Assembly: GCA_976551045.1 (NCBI GenBank)
Contig: CDPCPM010000026.1
Coordinates: 21,638,001 to 21,702,000, forward strand
Reading direction: 5' to 3'
DNA length: 64,000 nt
Origin: Glaucostegus cemiculus
Taxonomy: Eukaryota
In this document: piece after piece, positions 50,623-62,269 of the stretch
Layout: the number at the start of each line of letters is the position of its first letter
How positions within the stretch are numbered: position 1 is the stretch's first letter
Made by a program: the position numbers and the translations under genes
The notes under the pieces: generated by a model
Database searches by the model: none
Told to the model about the DNA's origin: nothing
What the model saw: the letters and a program-made list of their open reading frames with translations, nothing else

Positions 50623-53600
50623 GGAAGTCTTACAAGTCTTTTAATTCTTCAAGTGCATTTCATTCCCCTCATTGGAGAGAAGACAACTACAAAGTATACC
50701 CAATCAAAATTAAGAACAATGCAATTCACACCGCCAGGCCATCAGAGATATTTCATCAATTTATTTCAAAAATAAGAACTATGCATCACAGGAGATATCC
50801 TAGTAAAAGCTGAACCAATCCTCTTGCTCATTGTATCAGCAATTCTGGGAAGGCAAATTGTTTTTCATAAATAACCTAAACAAAGTCATGTTGTCTCCAC
50901 ATAATATAACTCAGCTCAGTCTCATTCCCTCTCTCAAACTACTATCTGTGCAGCACACAGAAAATGGCATTGAACATTTTTTTCTGAACACTGGTGATTA
51001 GCATTTGCCTAAATAATTCTTTCCATAAACAAACCTGCATAACCACATATTGACAGGAAACATACTGTAACCAAAAACCTGAAAACAATAAAAAAAAATG
51101 ACACTTGGTTTTAATGAAGCACAGAATGAGAAAGAATGTTTTGCCTTTCAAGTCTGCTTTTTATTAAATTATAATTTAATCACCTCAGAGTAAGTTTTGC
51201 ATAAATATTTCACAATTCCCAAAGTAAATCAAATAAACAGAATATGTTCTTCCAGCCTCACCTTACAATTACTGCAAACCCCCATCTTCTCCCCACTGCC
51301 ATAGTGTACCACTGTATTCCATGAACTATTTGATCATCAGTCTCCAACAACCCCTTTAACTGTACTACTTGGCTAATGTTTTTGAAACTAAGCACCAGTG
51401 CACCAACTACCTCATTTGGGATTCTGCTCAATGTATCTATCACCATGTGTGAGAAGCATCAATTACAAATAAGTAATGTTAAATGCCAGACATCCAGTTC
51501 TGCACTCATAATCCAAATGAACACAGCCTCTTGAACTTACAGCATCAAAACCTCTCCACTGTGAACAGTTGGATCAGATCTCTTTTTAATCTTCAGTAAT
51601 AAGATCAATTTGCTCCTCAGTTTCAGAATCATGCATCTTTCCCTTTTGAGAAGCATCTTCACAATATGAATTCAAATTTTAAATCACAAACTAAAGGAAT
51701 ATGTTCCTGGCCTCAGTGTAAAAGAAATGGGATTACTGTACATACTGCTGACTCTCAGGCAGAGCTGTTTATGGGATGTAGTAGGGTTGACATCACAGTG
51801 ACAATGAAAGCCACCACCTTGGTCTCCCATTTCAGCTAGGACAAATGAGGCACTGACTGGAGGCCAAAGACTTCTCTGCAGAATAGAGAAGAAAGAGGAG
51901 GATGGGAAGATGATGGCTAAAGATAAACATATCATGGACTCAAGTTCTACTCAGATGCACATCCCAGTATATGACTGCAAGGCCATACCAATGATTAAGC
52001 CAGAAGCCACAGTCAAGACCTAAAACAACTGAAATGGAGCAGGAATTGTCAAAATCTGGGATATTTTGATCAGATAATATCTTGTGTTAACACAAACAAT
52101 AAAGTAAAGCTCCAATCAGCAACTTTTATGCACTAGCACTTAAAATGCTCAAACCATATTCTTGTAGGTTTTGTACTTAGGCAAGTATTAACAGGTTAAC
52201 ACTATAATTAGACCCGCACATACAAAAGATAATAAACATGTTAAGCTTGGATATGTAAAATCCAATCAGGAATTCTAATCTATTATCTACTAACAAACAA
52301 CTATGTTTACAGCAGTTACAGAAATTGCCTCAGTTATTGACCTTTAAGAAAAATAAAATCAAGTTTGTCAGCCCTGCACAGATGTTATAAAATGATTCTT
52401 CAAGCTTTGTATTCATCTTATGAGGTGATCTTCACATTCCATGTCGATTACAGGCATCAACTGGCATGCAATCTATATCTAAAAAAAGTTAAAAGCTGTC
52501 ATTAAATAAATTTAAGAGTTCAGTTGTAAAAAGATGCTCTTATATAAACTTAAAACCTTACGTCTGCTCATCTGGCAAAAGGTATGTACCTTGCTTTTAA
52601 ATTGGAGTTGAATGAGTTTTAAAAATTTGTCACAACACCTGCAAAGTATAAATCATCATAGTGTTGTGGCTGGCAAGTCAGGAATTAAGTAAAGCATCAC
52701 TCGAGAAAATGCAGTACACATGAAGTACAGCCGTTAACTAAACCGCAGCATACCAGGCCTGACCCAAGGACTTTTCTTTTCTATCTCTTCCCTTCAGACT
52801 CGCCACAATGTGTCCTGCAGATGTTGTGTTAATTCATCAGTCCAACTCCTGGAGGAGTTATTACAAAGCTGAGCACGAATCACAATTATGCAGAGACAAA
52901 CCCACAAAGACACACAAATACAACAGTTTGTGTGTATGCTGACAAACACACACTCATTTGATTTACCCACAAACATGATTAAAGGTTTACAGCTTACCAT
53001 GCATTTAGTAGAAAATAATAACAGCAACAAATTTGATAATGAAAGGGTTGCCTTGTACGGTAGATTGAGAACAAGGAAAGGCTTTGGGGCAACTTTAGAC
53101 TCAGTCAGGGCAATAATAACTCCCTCAACTGATTCCTACCAGCTCACCACACCTTAACAGCACTGCTTAGACAAGCTAAGCCAACAAGTGCCTTCAGGAA
53201 CAACATTAATGCTCTTCCTTGTCTGATCTACTACAAGATTCACTTAACTGTGAGATGTCAATTCTTGTAATGTTCAATTTGAGGCAGCAATCCATAAACC
53301 AAGTAATTCAACAAATGGCTCAATGGGCAGTAACTGTTTTTAACAGTAACTATTTAAAAAAAATGATACTTCCAATTCATCAAGAAATCTGTTTATTTCA
53401 ACATATTCCACACTCCCACCAACAACCACCCCCCCCCTGCCAAATGTATAATAATTTTCTTCACTGTAACACCAATTGACTGACTCTTTCATCCAAAATA
53501 TTGGGAGCTGACAAGGGCAATAAACACATGGAAAGATGTATTTTCCTGCCGTTTGGCTCTCCTACTGTTTCCAATAAGGGAGCAAAATCTAGGTCTAATT

Positions 53601-56180
53601 ATAAATCACAGCTTAAAAAAAACAATGCAGTTAAAACTCCTGACTTCAGCAACTAAGCAGCTGTTCCTAAATACCTAACTATTTTTAGATAATAGATTTT
53701 TTTCTTAAACTACATGCAGCTTAAGAATAGCAGAGTTAATTCAGTTTGGAGGTTGTTTAAAATAAAAACTTCAGAAGTTGTAAAAGCAAAATATTGTTTC
53801 AACCTCTAAGCAAACTAATATGCTGTAATATTCTCCAACAGTGAAAGAGAACTTTCCAAATTGCTTCTTTATATTTATATAAACCCAAAGATCATTTCAC
53901 TTATTGCCTTACTTCCTCGTTATCATTTTATAAGCAAGTCTTACTCAGTTACACACATCACTTACTGTTTTTCTGTTGGTAACGTGCAAGGCTGGAGGTA
54001 ACTGATCTTCAATCCTGTGAACTCTTCACACCACATAATAGAGGTGCAAATCTCCATCAACTGCAGCAAATTTCTCAGAATACACAAACTCAGGGCTTTC
54101 TCTGTTGCAGGCTACAATACAGCGGGCAATGTTGAAATGTCAAATGTGATGGCCCCCTGCTTTGTTTAGGGATGGTCTTATAATAGGAACCTTTTAATCT
54201 TGATGGGTTTTGTTTACCTGCTGAATATTCATTTTAAGGACTTTGTTCTCTTTTTGCTCCTCAACCCATTGCTTCAGTCAGGCTGTTGAGCAGCACTGGC
54301 TCACTTTGTGCTCACTTCTATTGCACTGATGCTGCTAGTTGATGAGCTGCAATTGACAACAATCCTGAAGTGAAGGGTAAGTTTGGTAAAGACTGGGCTG
54401 GGGTGAGGGTAACGATTGCTGGTTGCAAATCCCACAGGTCAGCAACCAATGGTACTTGCACAAACTCTGCATTTTAAAGGACAGCTCAGAGGCAGGAGCT
54501 TTTCCCTCTGCATGCTGCACTCAAGAATGATGGAGCCTCCTGCAACACAAACCCAAGGAGATAACCTGCACACTCTTCAGACCAAGGCACTGGGTATTTG
54601 GTGAACATGGCTCACTTAAACAGGGATTGCTGATACTCGACAAGTGTTGATAAGCTGGTTGATGGTTGGAGGGGCAGAATCCAACCAACCCCCAGATACT
54701 GTAAGTCAAAGGTAACTCCAGGAAAGGAAGGAGGTATACCAGAAGCTAAAGAACCTCCACCTATGTCCACTGCCACCTTGGAATTACAACACCAGGGCAG
54801 CTGAGGTGCCCAGCTGAAAAGATAAAAAAAACATCCTGGATCTCCATATTCAATAACAGAACCCAAATACCAGACTCTTGCTTGGAGCAATGCAGAGGAT
54901 GAACAGAAGTAGAAATGCAGAATGAGTAATAAGATTCTCCACATCTTACTATGAGAAATAAACCACCAAAAGAACTTGGAAGTGCCCTGAAAATATTGCG
55001 AACATTGTGCAAGTCCAAGAAAAACAAAAGCCAAAGAGATGACTTTGCGGTGCTTTCAATATATGAATGGAATGCTGCATTACAGTGGATTTTGGTCACA
55101 ATTAGCAAGAGAACTGACTGGTATGAAGAAGGGAGTTAGATCTGTATGGGATCTTGTCCAGAAGAACTTTTCTTAAGAGTTTCCTCCCTTTCTAACTTTT
55201 TCCTGAGCTCTCACTTTTGGGGTATGATTTCACAAACCTCTGCAGCTCCCACATTACTCTCATTCTTCATTAGCAAGCTTGGACCTGGTATTGGGCATTA
55301 CAGTTCAGTCCAATTCTACCTTCATCCAAAAGACACATATTCATATTTCAGCAGGATCAACAGTGGGAATCAGGAATAATTTTTCATCATCCTTAGCTTG
55401 GGCACATGGAGAGTAGGTGGTCTTTCATTGCTCAGCAACTTCAACCCAAACTACTCCAGGAATATTTGGAGGCAACGGTTTCAGTGGAGAGATTTTTACA
55501 AAGAATCTTTATGTAATGAGCCACAGTTCAATAAGGCAGGCACTTTCATCAGTAACTCTTTCTGCAGGTGAATGGAGTTTCAATTACAGCAGCCATTTAG
55601 AAGGAGCTGAGAATACTCTCACCAAACAGGTGTGACAAGATGATAATACAGTGCATGAGCGCAGGGAAAATGTGTGTGAGCTGTGATAACCTGGGACTGA
55701 TTTTTACAAGTGTCCAGACAGCGAGGATATAGAGAGAAGGTGGAATTTGAGTCTCAGAAATAATGAGGGTGACATACATTGTATTACACTCTTTGTGTAT
55801 TGAAAGAAAGAGATAAGCAATGCCAAAATACATAAGCCAGTCCCTCACCACACCCAGTTCATCCACACCCAACTTATCAGTCACTGGCTCAATGTAGAGC
55901 CTGTTTTTCACTGGACATGAATCCTGATGGTCAGAACTCCAATCTCAATGGAGAGTACTTTTGCCTCCTTAGGGAGTGGGAACTGGGTGTAGTTAGACAG
56001 TGACAATCGTAATTAACATCACTTGAGCCACATTTGCCAATATGTGTCTGATTAGATCTGGCCACTAGGACTCACATCCACCAAAAATACAAACAGGCTT
56101 GACATAAGTGCAGCAGTAAATAGATGGGGGCCACCAGCTGGGTTTTTTGCACTGCTTTCTCCCATTGTTCATTGTGCATT

Positions 56181-56193
56181 GGGGGGGGGGGGG
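56181..56193 (+). repeat. G13 homopolymer
   Basis: Read directly. Confidence 0.95.
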
Positions 56194-56369
56194 AGTTTAA
56201 AGAAGTAAAATTATCCCATTACTTCTCTGTCCCAAATTTTTCCATCTCCCCACATATCATGGTTTAGTTCAGTTTAAATCAAACCCAATCTCTTAATCTC
56301 TTATCATGTGCAACTTCTCAATGCTGAAGCACTTTTACTATTTTCCTGACAAGAAGGATGTAAAGGAGC

Positions 56370-56760
56370 ATTGAGACTCCAAACGCTAGAGACTTGAGAA
56401 CAAAGATCAAGATTGACACCCCAGTGCAGTTCTGAGCAAGTTCCAGGGAGTTGAATGTCCTACTTTTGCTGAGAGGTTAAACCAAGGTCCTTCAAGTACT
56501 CTTTCAGATGGACATAAAAGAGCCTTTTCCAGCAATTCACTAGAACAGAAACAGCCTATACCCTAGCCAATATTTGTTCCTCACTCAACATCACAAAAAC
56601 GGATAATTTGGTAGTAGTCACATGCTATTTATGAAAATTTCTGATGTGGAAATTGGTTATTGTCTTTCCTACATTGCAATGGTGGCTGCACTTCATTGGC
56701 TGTAAAGTGGTTTAAAATTTCCTGGCATGAAATATTTTGTATAAACATAAGCCTTATTTC
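56370..56760 (+). mobile_element. DeuSINE-like near-complete copy with L2-type tail
   Basis: TGACACCCCAGTGCAGTTCTGAG..GTTAAACCAAGG..GCCAATATTT..CAACATCAC..TTTCCTACATT..CTTCATTGGCTGTAAAG. Confidence 0.75.
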
Positions 56761-56884
56761 TCTCTTCTACCTACCAATTCTGAGCAGTTTATTTATTTGT
56801 TTATTTTTTCAGGACCTGTGCATTGCTGACAAGGCCAACCTTTATCCACTATCCCTAATTAACCGTGAGACATGTTAACCATGG

Positions 56885-57195
56885 GCACGTACCACCAGAC
56901 TTAAGGACAGCTTCTACCCCACTGTGATAAGACTATTGAACTGTTCCCTTATACAATGACATGGGCTATGACCTCAAAATCTACCTTGTTGTGACCTTGC
57001 ACCTTATTGCACTGCACTTTTTTCTGCAGCTGTGATACTTTACTCTATACTGTTATTGATTTTACCTGTACTACATCAATGCACTTTGTACTAACTCAAT
57101 GTAACTGCACTTTGAATTGACCTGTATGATCAGTTTGTAAGACAAGCTTTTCACTGTACCTTGGTACAAGTGACAATAATAAACCAATACCAATA
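56885..57195 (+). mobile_element. Rex1/Babar-like LINE 3' end
   Basis: Translates ARTTRLKDSFYPTVIRLLN (Rex1-type C-terminus, from memory), then a 3' UTR, a stem-loop and an AATAAA(CCAATA)n tail. Confidence 0.75.
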
Positions 57196-57845
57196 AGGCA
57201 TTGGGAACCCATCTTCTTGACCTGCTGCAGTCCTTCTGGTCAAGGTATCCTGGAATGCAAGCTAGAGTTCCACCTTGGGACGATGACAAAACAGTAATGT
57301 ATTTCCAAGTCAGGACAGTGCTCAACCTGGAGGGGAACCTGCAGGTGGTGGTGTTCCCCTGCATCTTAAGCCCCCGTGCTTCTTGGCAGTAATGTCTAGA
57401 AGTAGGCTGCACAAGTAACAGCAGTGCATTTTGTTGATGAAACACACTGCAGCCACTGTGTGCTAGTTGCAAAGGGAATGAATGTTTAGGGTGGTGGAAG
57501 GGCTACCAATCAGGTGAATGACTTTGTCCTGAATGGTGTTGAATCTCTTGGGTATTGTTGTAGATGCACTCATCCAGGCAAATGGGGAATATTCCATCAC
57601 TTTCCTGATCTGTGTTCTAGAAAGGTTTCAAGCTGTCAGATGGTGAGTGATTCGCCATGGAATATCCACCAAACCTCTGACCTATTCTTATAGCCACAGT
57701 ACTCACTGGTTGGTACAGTTAAGTTTCTGGTTATTGTTTACCCCCAGTATGTTGATGATAGGAGACATGGCAACGGTAACACCTTTGAAGGTCAAGTGTG
57801 GGTGGTTTGACTCTCCCTTATCGGAGATTATTATTGCCTGGCGCT

Positions 57846-58868
57846 TAGAACCATAGAACCATAGAACAATACAGCACAAAACAGGCCCTTCGGCCCACCA
57901 AGTTATGCCGTCCTGCAAACATCACACGATCTCTCTCCTCCTCTATTCCACATTCCTCCATATGCCTATCTAATAATCTCTTGAACCTGTCCAACGTATC
58001 TGCCTCCACCACGACCCCAGGCAGTGCATTCCATGTGCCAGCCACTCTCTGGGTGAAAAACTTCCCTCTGACATCTCCCCTAAACTTTCCACCCAATACC
58101 TTATAGGCATGCCCTCTCGTCTTGAGCATCTGTGCTCTGGGAAAGAGGCGCTGGCTGTCAACTCTATCTATTCCTCGCAATATCTTATACACCTCTATCA
58201 AGTCCCCTCTCATCCTCCTCCTCTCCAACGAGTAAAGCCCTAGCACCTTAAGCCTCTCCTCATATTCCATACCCTCTAATCCAGGCATCATCCTGGTAAA
58301 TCGCCTCTGTACCCTCTCCAACGCCTCCACATCCTTCCTATAAAGCGGCGACCAGAACTGAACACAATACTCCAAGTGCGGTTTAACTAGAGTTTTGTAA
58401 AGCAGCATCATCACTTCTCGGCTCTTGAACTCAGTCCCACAATTTATAAAAGCTAACGTCCCATAAGCCTTCTTAACTGCCCTATCCACCTGTGAGGGAA
58501 CTTTGAGTGAACTGTGGATATGAACCCCCAGATCCCTCTGCTCCTCTACACTGTCAAGTACCTTGCCATTTACCTTGTACTCTGCCCTGGAGTTTGTCCT
58601 AGCAAAGTGCACCACCTCACACTTCTCCAGATTAAACTCCATCTGCCACCTGTCCACCCAGCTCTGCATCTAATCGATATCCCTCTGTCAGCTCTGACAG
58701 TCCTCCACACTATCCACCACACCGCTGATATTGGGGTCATCCGCAAACTTACCTAACCCATCCTTCCACTCCTTCATCTAAGTCATCTATGAATATAACA
58801 AAGAGTAGAGGTCCCAGAACCGATCCCTGCGGGACACCACTAGTCACAGCCCTCCAATCCGAGGGCAC
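57846..58868 (-). mobile_element. Relatively young 5'-truncated CR1/HER1 LINE
   Basis: Uninterrupted 274-aa ORF (WQMEFNLEKCEVVHF; KPHLEYCVQFWSP; ERVQRRFTRM; RGDLIEVYKI); upstream [14 protein letters not shown] and KFADD; (GGTTCTAT)n tail. Confidence 0.95.
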
Positions 58869-59629
58869 GTTTGTGGTGTGAACCTGCCATTTACCAGCCT
58901 ATGCCTGAATGTTTTCCAGGTCTTGCTGAAAGCAGGCTTGGATTGTTTCACTTGCTGAGGAGCTGTGCAGGAAATAAACATAGCGCAATCATTAGCAAAC
59001 ATCCCCACGTCTGATCCAGTGATGGAACGAAAGTCATTGATGAAGCAGCTGAAGATGGTTGGGTCTAGGGCACAGCCCTGAGGAACTCCTGCAGTTATGT
59101 TCTGGGGCTGGTGTAACTGACCTCCAATAACTACAACGTTCTTCCTTTCCGTGAGATTTGACTAGAGCTTTTGGAGTGTTTTCCCTTTGATGTGCATTGA
59201 CTTTATTTTACCAGGGCTACTTGATGCCACAATGTGTCAAGTCCTGTCCTAATGACAAGGACAATCACTCTCTCCTTACCTCAGATTTCAGTTCCTTGCT
59301 CCATGTTTTGTCCATGCCTTGCATGAGTTCTGGAGCAAAAACCCAAACTGGGCATTGGTGAACAAGATTTTGGTGAGCAATTGCCGAGTGCTAGTTCTGT
59401 CAACATCCCCATTCATTACTTTATTGATCAGGAGTCAGGAGTGGTCATTAGGAATGACTTGTAAAGGGATTCTTAGCTGCATCTAGATAATTGAATACTC
59501 CAGGGTATTTGGAGACATTTTCAATTAACAAATTGTGACTGAATGTTTTAATCATTAAGGATCTGAAATGCTTGAACTAGTTGCTCTTGAACTCACATTG
59601 TTCGACATGGTTGCGGTGACAATAATGAC

Positions 59630-59910
59630 TAAACTGCTGAAATTGTCATCTGAGGCCCTGGTCTGGTGATACAGAACCATTTTCATACCCTAGCAAGAAA
59701 ACTGGCTCATTTAAATTCAGTCAATTAAGTAAATCAAGGATAAATAATTAGTATCACTATGAAGCTACCAAGATGCTAAATACCCATCTGCTTCATTAAT
59801 GAACCTCAGATAATGTTCTGGTCTAGCCAAGAGATAACTCCAGACTTACAGCAATGTTGTTAACTCTTAATTGAAATGGCCTAGGAAGCCACTCAATTCA
59901 GTTATGACAG
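59630..59910 (+). mobile_element. tRNA-derived SINE, same family as 21610-21950
   Basis: TTTAAATTC..CCCATCTG..GGTCTAGCC..ACTCCAGAC..TTAACTCTTAA..GAAATGGCCTAG. Confidence 0.6.
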
Positions 59911-62269
59911 CTTGGCCCTCTTTCATACACATTGCATTACATGCCAGCATTGTCAATAACAGTAACATTTTCACATTTTGTGTTGGCATATGCAATGTGT
60001 ATGAATTAGGGCCAAGGGGTAGGGAGAGAGCAGATACTGTTCAAGTTCTCACTGGCTGCAGGGGCAGTGGCTGTGTTGGCTCTGGCCATTTATCACTTCA
60101 ATGCAAAAATCACCTTGTACATATTGAATGGGGAAGAGGTAAAAGCATCTGTATATAACCTTCATCACTGATCTGCTGCCCCAACTTGTCACTAAAATCG
60201 ACAAACCAAAGAAAAATTCAGGTGGTCCTCAATATGCCATCAAGTTCTGCACTTAGAATGATTTACTTTAAAATGAAGTTTTTGCAGCTTAGCAACACAT
60301 CCTGTCCACAAACAGGTGGGAAATATATGTGTAAACATTTACTTCATATCAATTGCAGATACTCACCAGTTTCTGCCATTGAAATAGCAGCACAATAAAT
60401 GATGACAGAATAAACTGGACAATTGTCAATCATGCTCAGAGGTGAGAACGGGAGCAAAATTAATTCCGTAATGGCACATTTTTTTTGCTTGTAAACTTAT
60501 GTTGACGTCAATAACCAGATTCCTTTGCTAGAGTTCCTGTTTTGACTTTCTGTCTTTTTGTCTCTGCCTTTCCAGGGCAACACCCTTTTCTCTGCTTTGG
60601 CTGTGAGCTGATCGCTCCTACTGTTGGTAGGCATACATGAGCAACCTAGGATGAATTTTCTTCCCTGTGAATCAGTCACAAGCTCTCACTCTGCAAAACA
60701 ATGCATTAAAATCACAATTCTCCACCCTTCCCCCCCACCCACCTAACGTAATTCTCTTCATTTTTTGTGGCATTAACCATTCTTTATTTTTAATCTCCAA
60801 TTTTCTTTATTGACCTAATTAGGTGGTCTCCATTCAAAACATTCTAAACCAGTGGCCTTCTGTACAATTGGCCAGTTGGAATATACCTATAGTGTGCTTG
60901 TTATGTACTGTTTGCCCTCCTCATAATTTCCACTTGCAAAATCCAGTGCCTTCATTACCTAAGATTTGGCTGCTCTAAATCAGAGGAATGGAAGCATCAA
61001 TGAATACCAATCTAGATCTATCATGTTTGGTAGACAGGCTCTCCATTCCAATGCTGTCTGAGGGCTGTATTCTCAGCAATTTTACAGATTTCTAGCATGT
61101 TACTGCCTTGAGGAAGAGTGTGTGTTTTATACAAATGACAAAAAAGACCCCAATTCTCTGAACAGTGAAGAACAAGTGCATACGTATCAAAGAAGAAGGT
61201 GAGCACATATATACACCAAAGCTAGTCTAATTAAGTTTTTCAGAAGCTCAATCTCTGCACTTAGTGCTTTTGACTGCTGCCCCAGGCCATCACAACTGCT
61301 CCCATGCAATTACCCAGTCTCTCAGCCTCATAATGCTGCAGAGTTTATTAAAGCTTATATTAAAAGCAGCTTTGCAAAAAAAGGATTGCTTCACACCACA
61401 AATGATGTTTGTTACCGGCTGATTTTTGTTTAAAGTATCTTTCAATCTTCTTTGTGTTCTAAAGCCTTCCCATCAGCCAGCACACTTGCCCTGGCAGTGG
61501 AACATGACTTGCCACTGTAAGAGGTTACTTAGGAAGGGATCCAGCGTGACCTTTACTGAAACAGTGAAACATTCCCACGTAAACCGAGATAAGGCGGTAA
61601 GGAGTGTAATTAGCTGCAGGCAGTAATTGTGGCTCAAGATTGCACAGGACAAATAATGCAAGGATTGCTACTGAGACCTTGAAAGGTTTTAACTTACTGT
61701 CTGAAGTATATGCTGGAAAAGAAACATTTGGTGACTTTTATTTCATTAACCTCCACAAGCTAATCAAGATGCTTTATATTTCTAATTCATCAAATCAGTA
61801 ACATTCAAGTTTTTGTATTGTATGCACATCTGCACTGAGGGAAATCCGTGGAGACTAGAATAAGTATTTTGGATCCCAAAAGACAACACCTGTTCACTTT
61901 CATGTGACTATTATTATTTTTAATTAACAGCTTCCCGCAACTCAGCATATTCTATCAGTTCCACTAACAACTGATGAATAATTGCAACTTTTTGGTAAAC
62001 TGCTAAGAGGGGAAAAAAAATCTCCTCAAAGTCAATGATGCATTGAGCACCGTCACTCTGTAGCTGTTCCTTATGTGCTGAGAAAGGCCCAGATTTGACA
62101 CTGGGTTGAGACTGTGTTACAGGCTTCAGCTAAGGTTCAAGTAGGGGCATGAGGATTTCCCTCTTGTTCTGTGTTGAGAGAGAAAAATGTCAATTTGGCA
62201 CTTCGCTACTGCAAGTTCACAGATAGCAACATATGGATATGATCTCATAGTTACTATGCAGACATGGTT

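Larger units (their letters stand above)
56790..59440 (-). mobile_element. Second CR1-like LINE family (RT to 3' tail), host to two nested insertions
   Basis: Minus translation near 59095-58990 reads GVPQGCALDPTIFSCFINDF..FANDC; INILGV in ORF 57703-57918; tail at 56790-56865. Confidence 0.8.

Noticed and set aside
54612-55139. Overlapping 140-aa and 115-aa ORFs
   Set aside because: No recognisable domain or splice support; probably chance or an old repeat.
57845-58669. 274-aa ORF as a host gene or active RT
   Set aside because: C-terminal part of a 5'-truncated CR1 ORF2 lacking the endonuclease and most of the RT.
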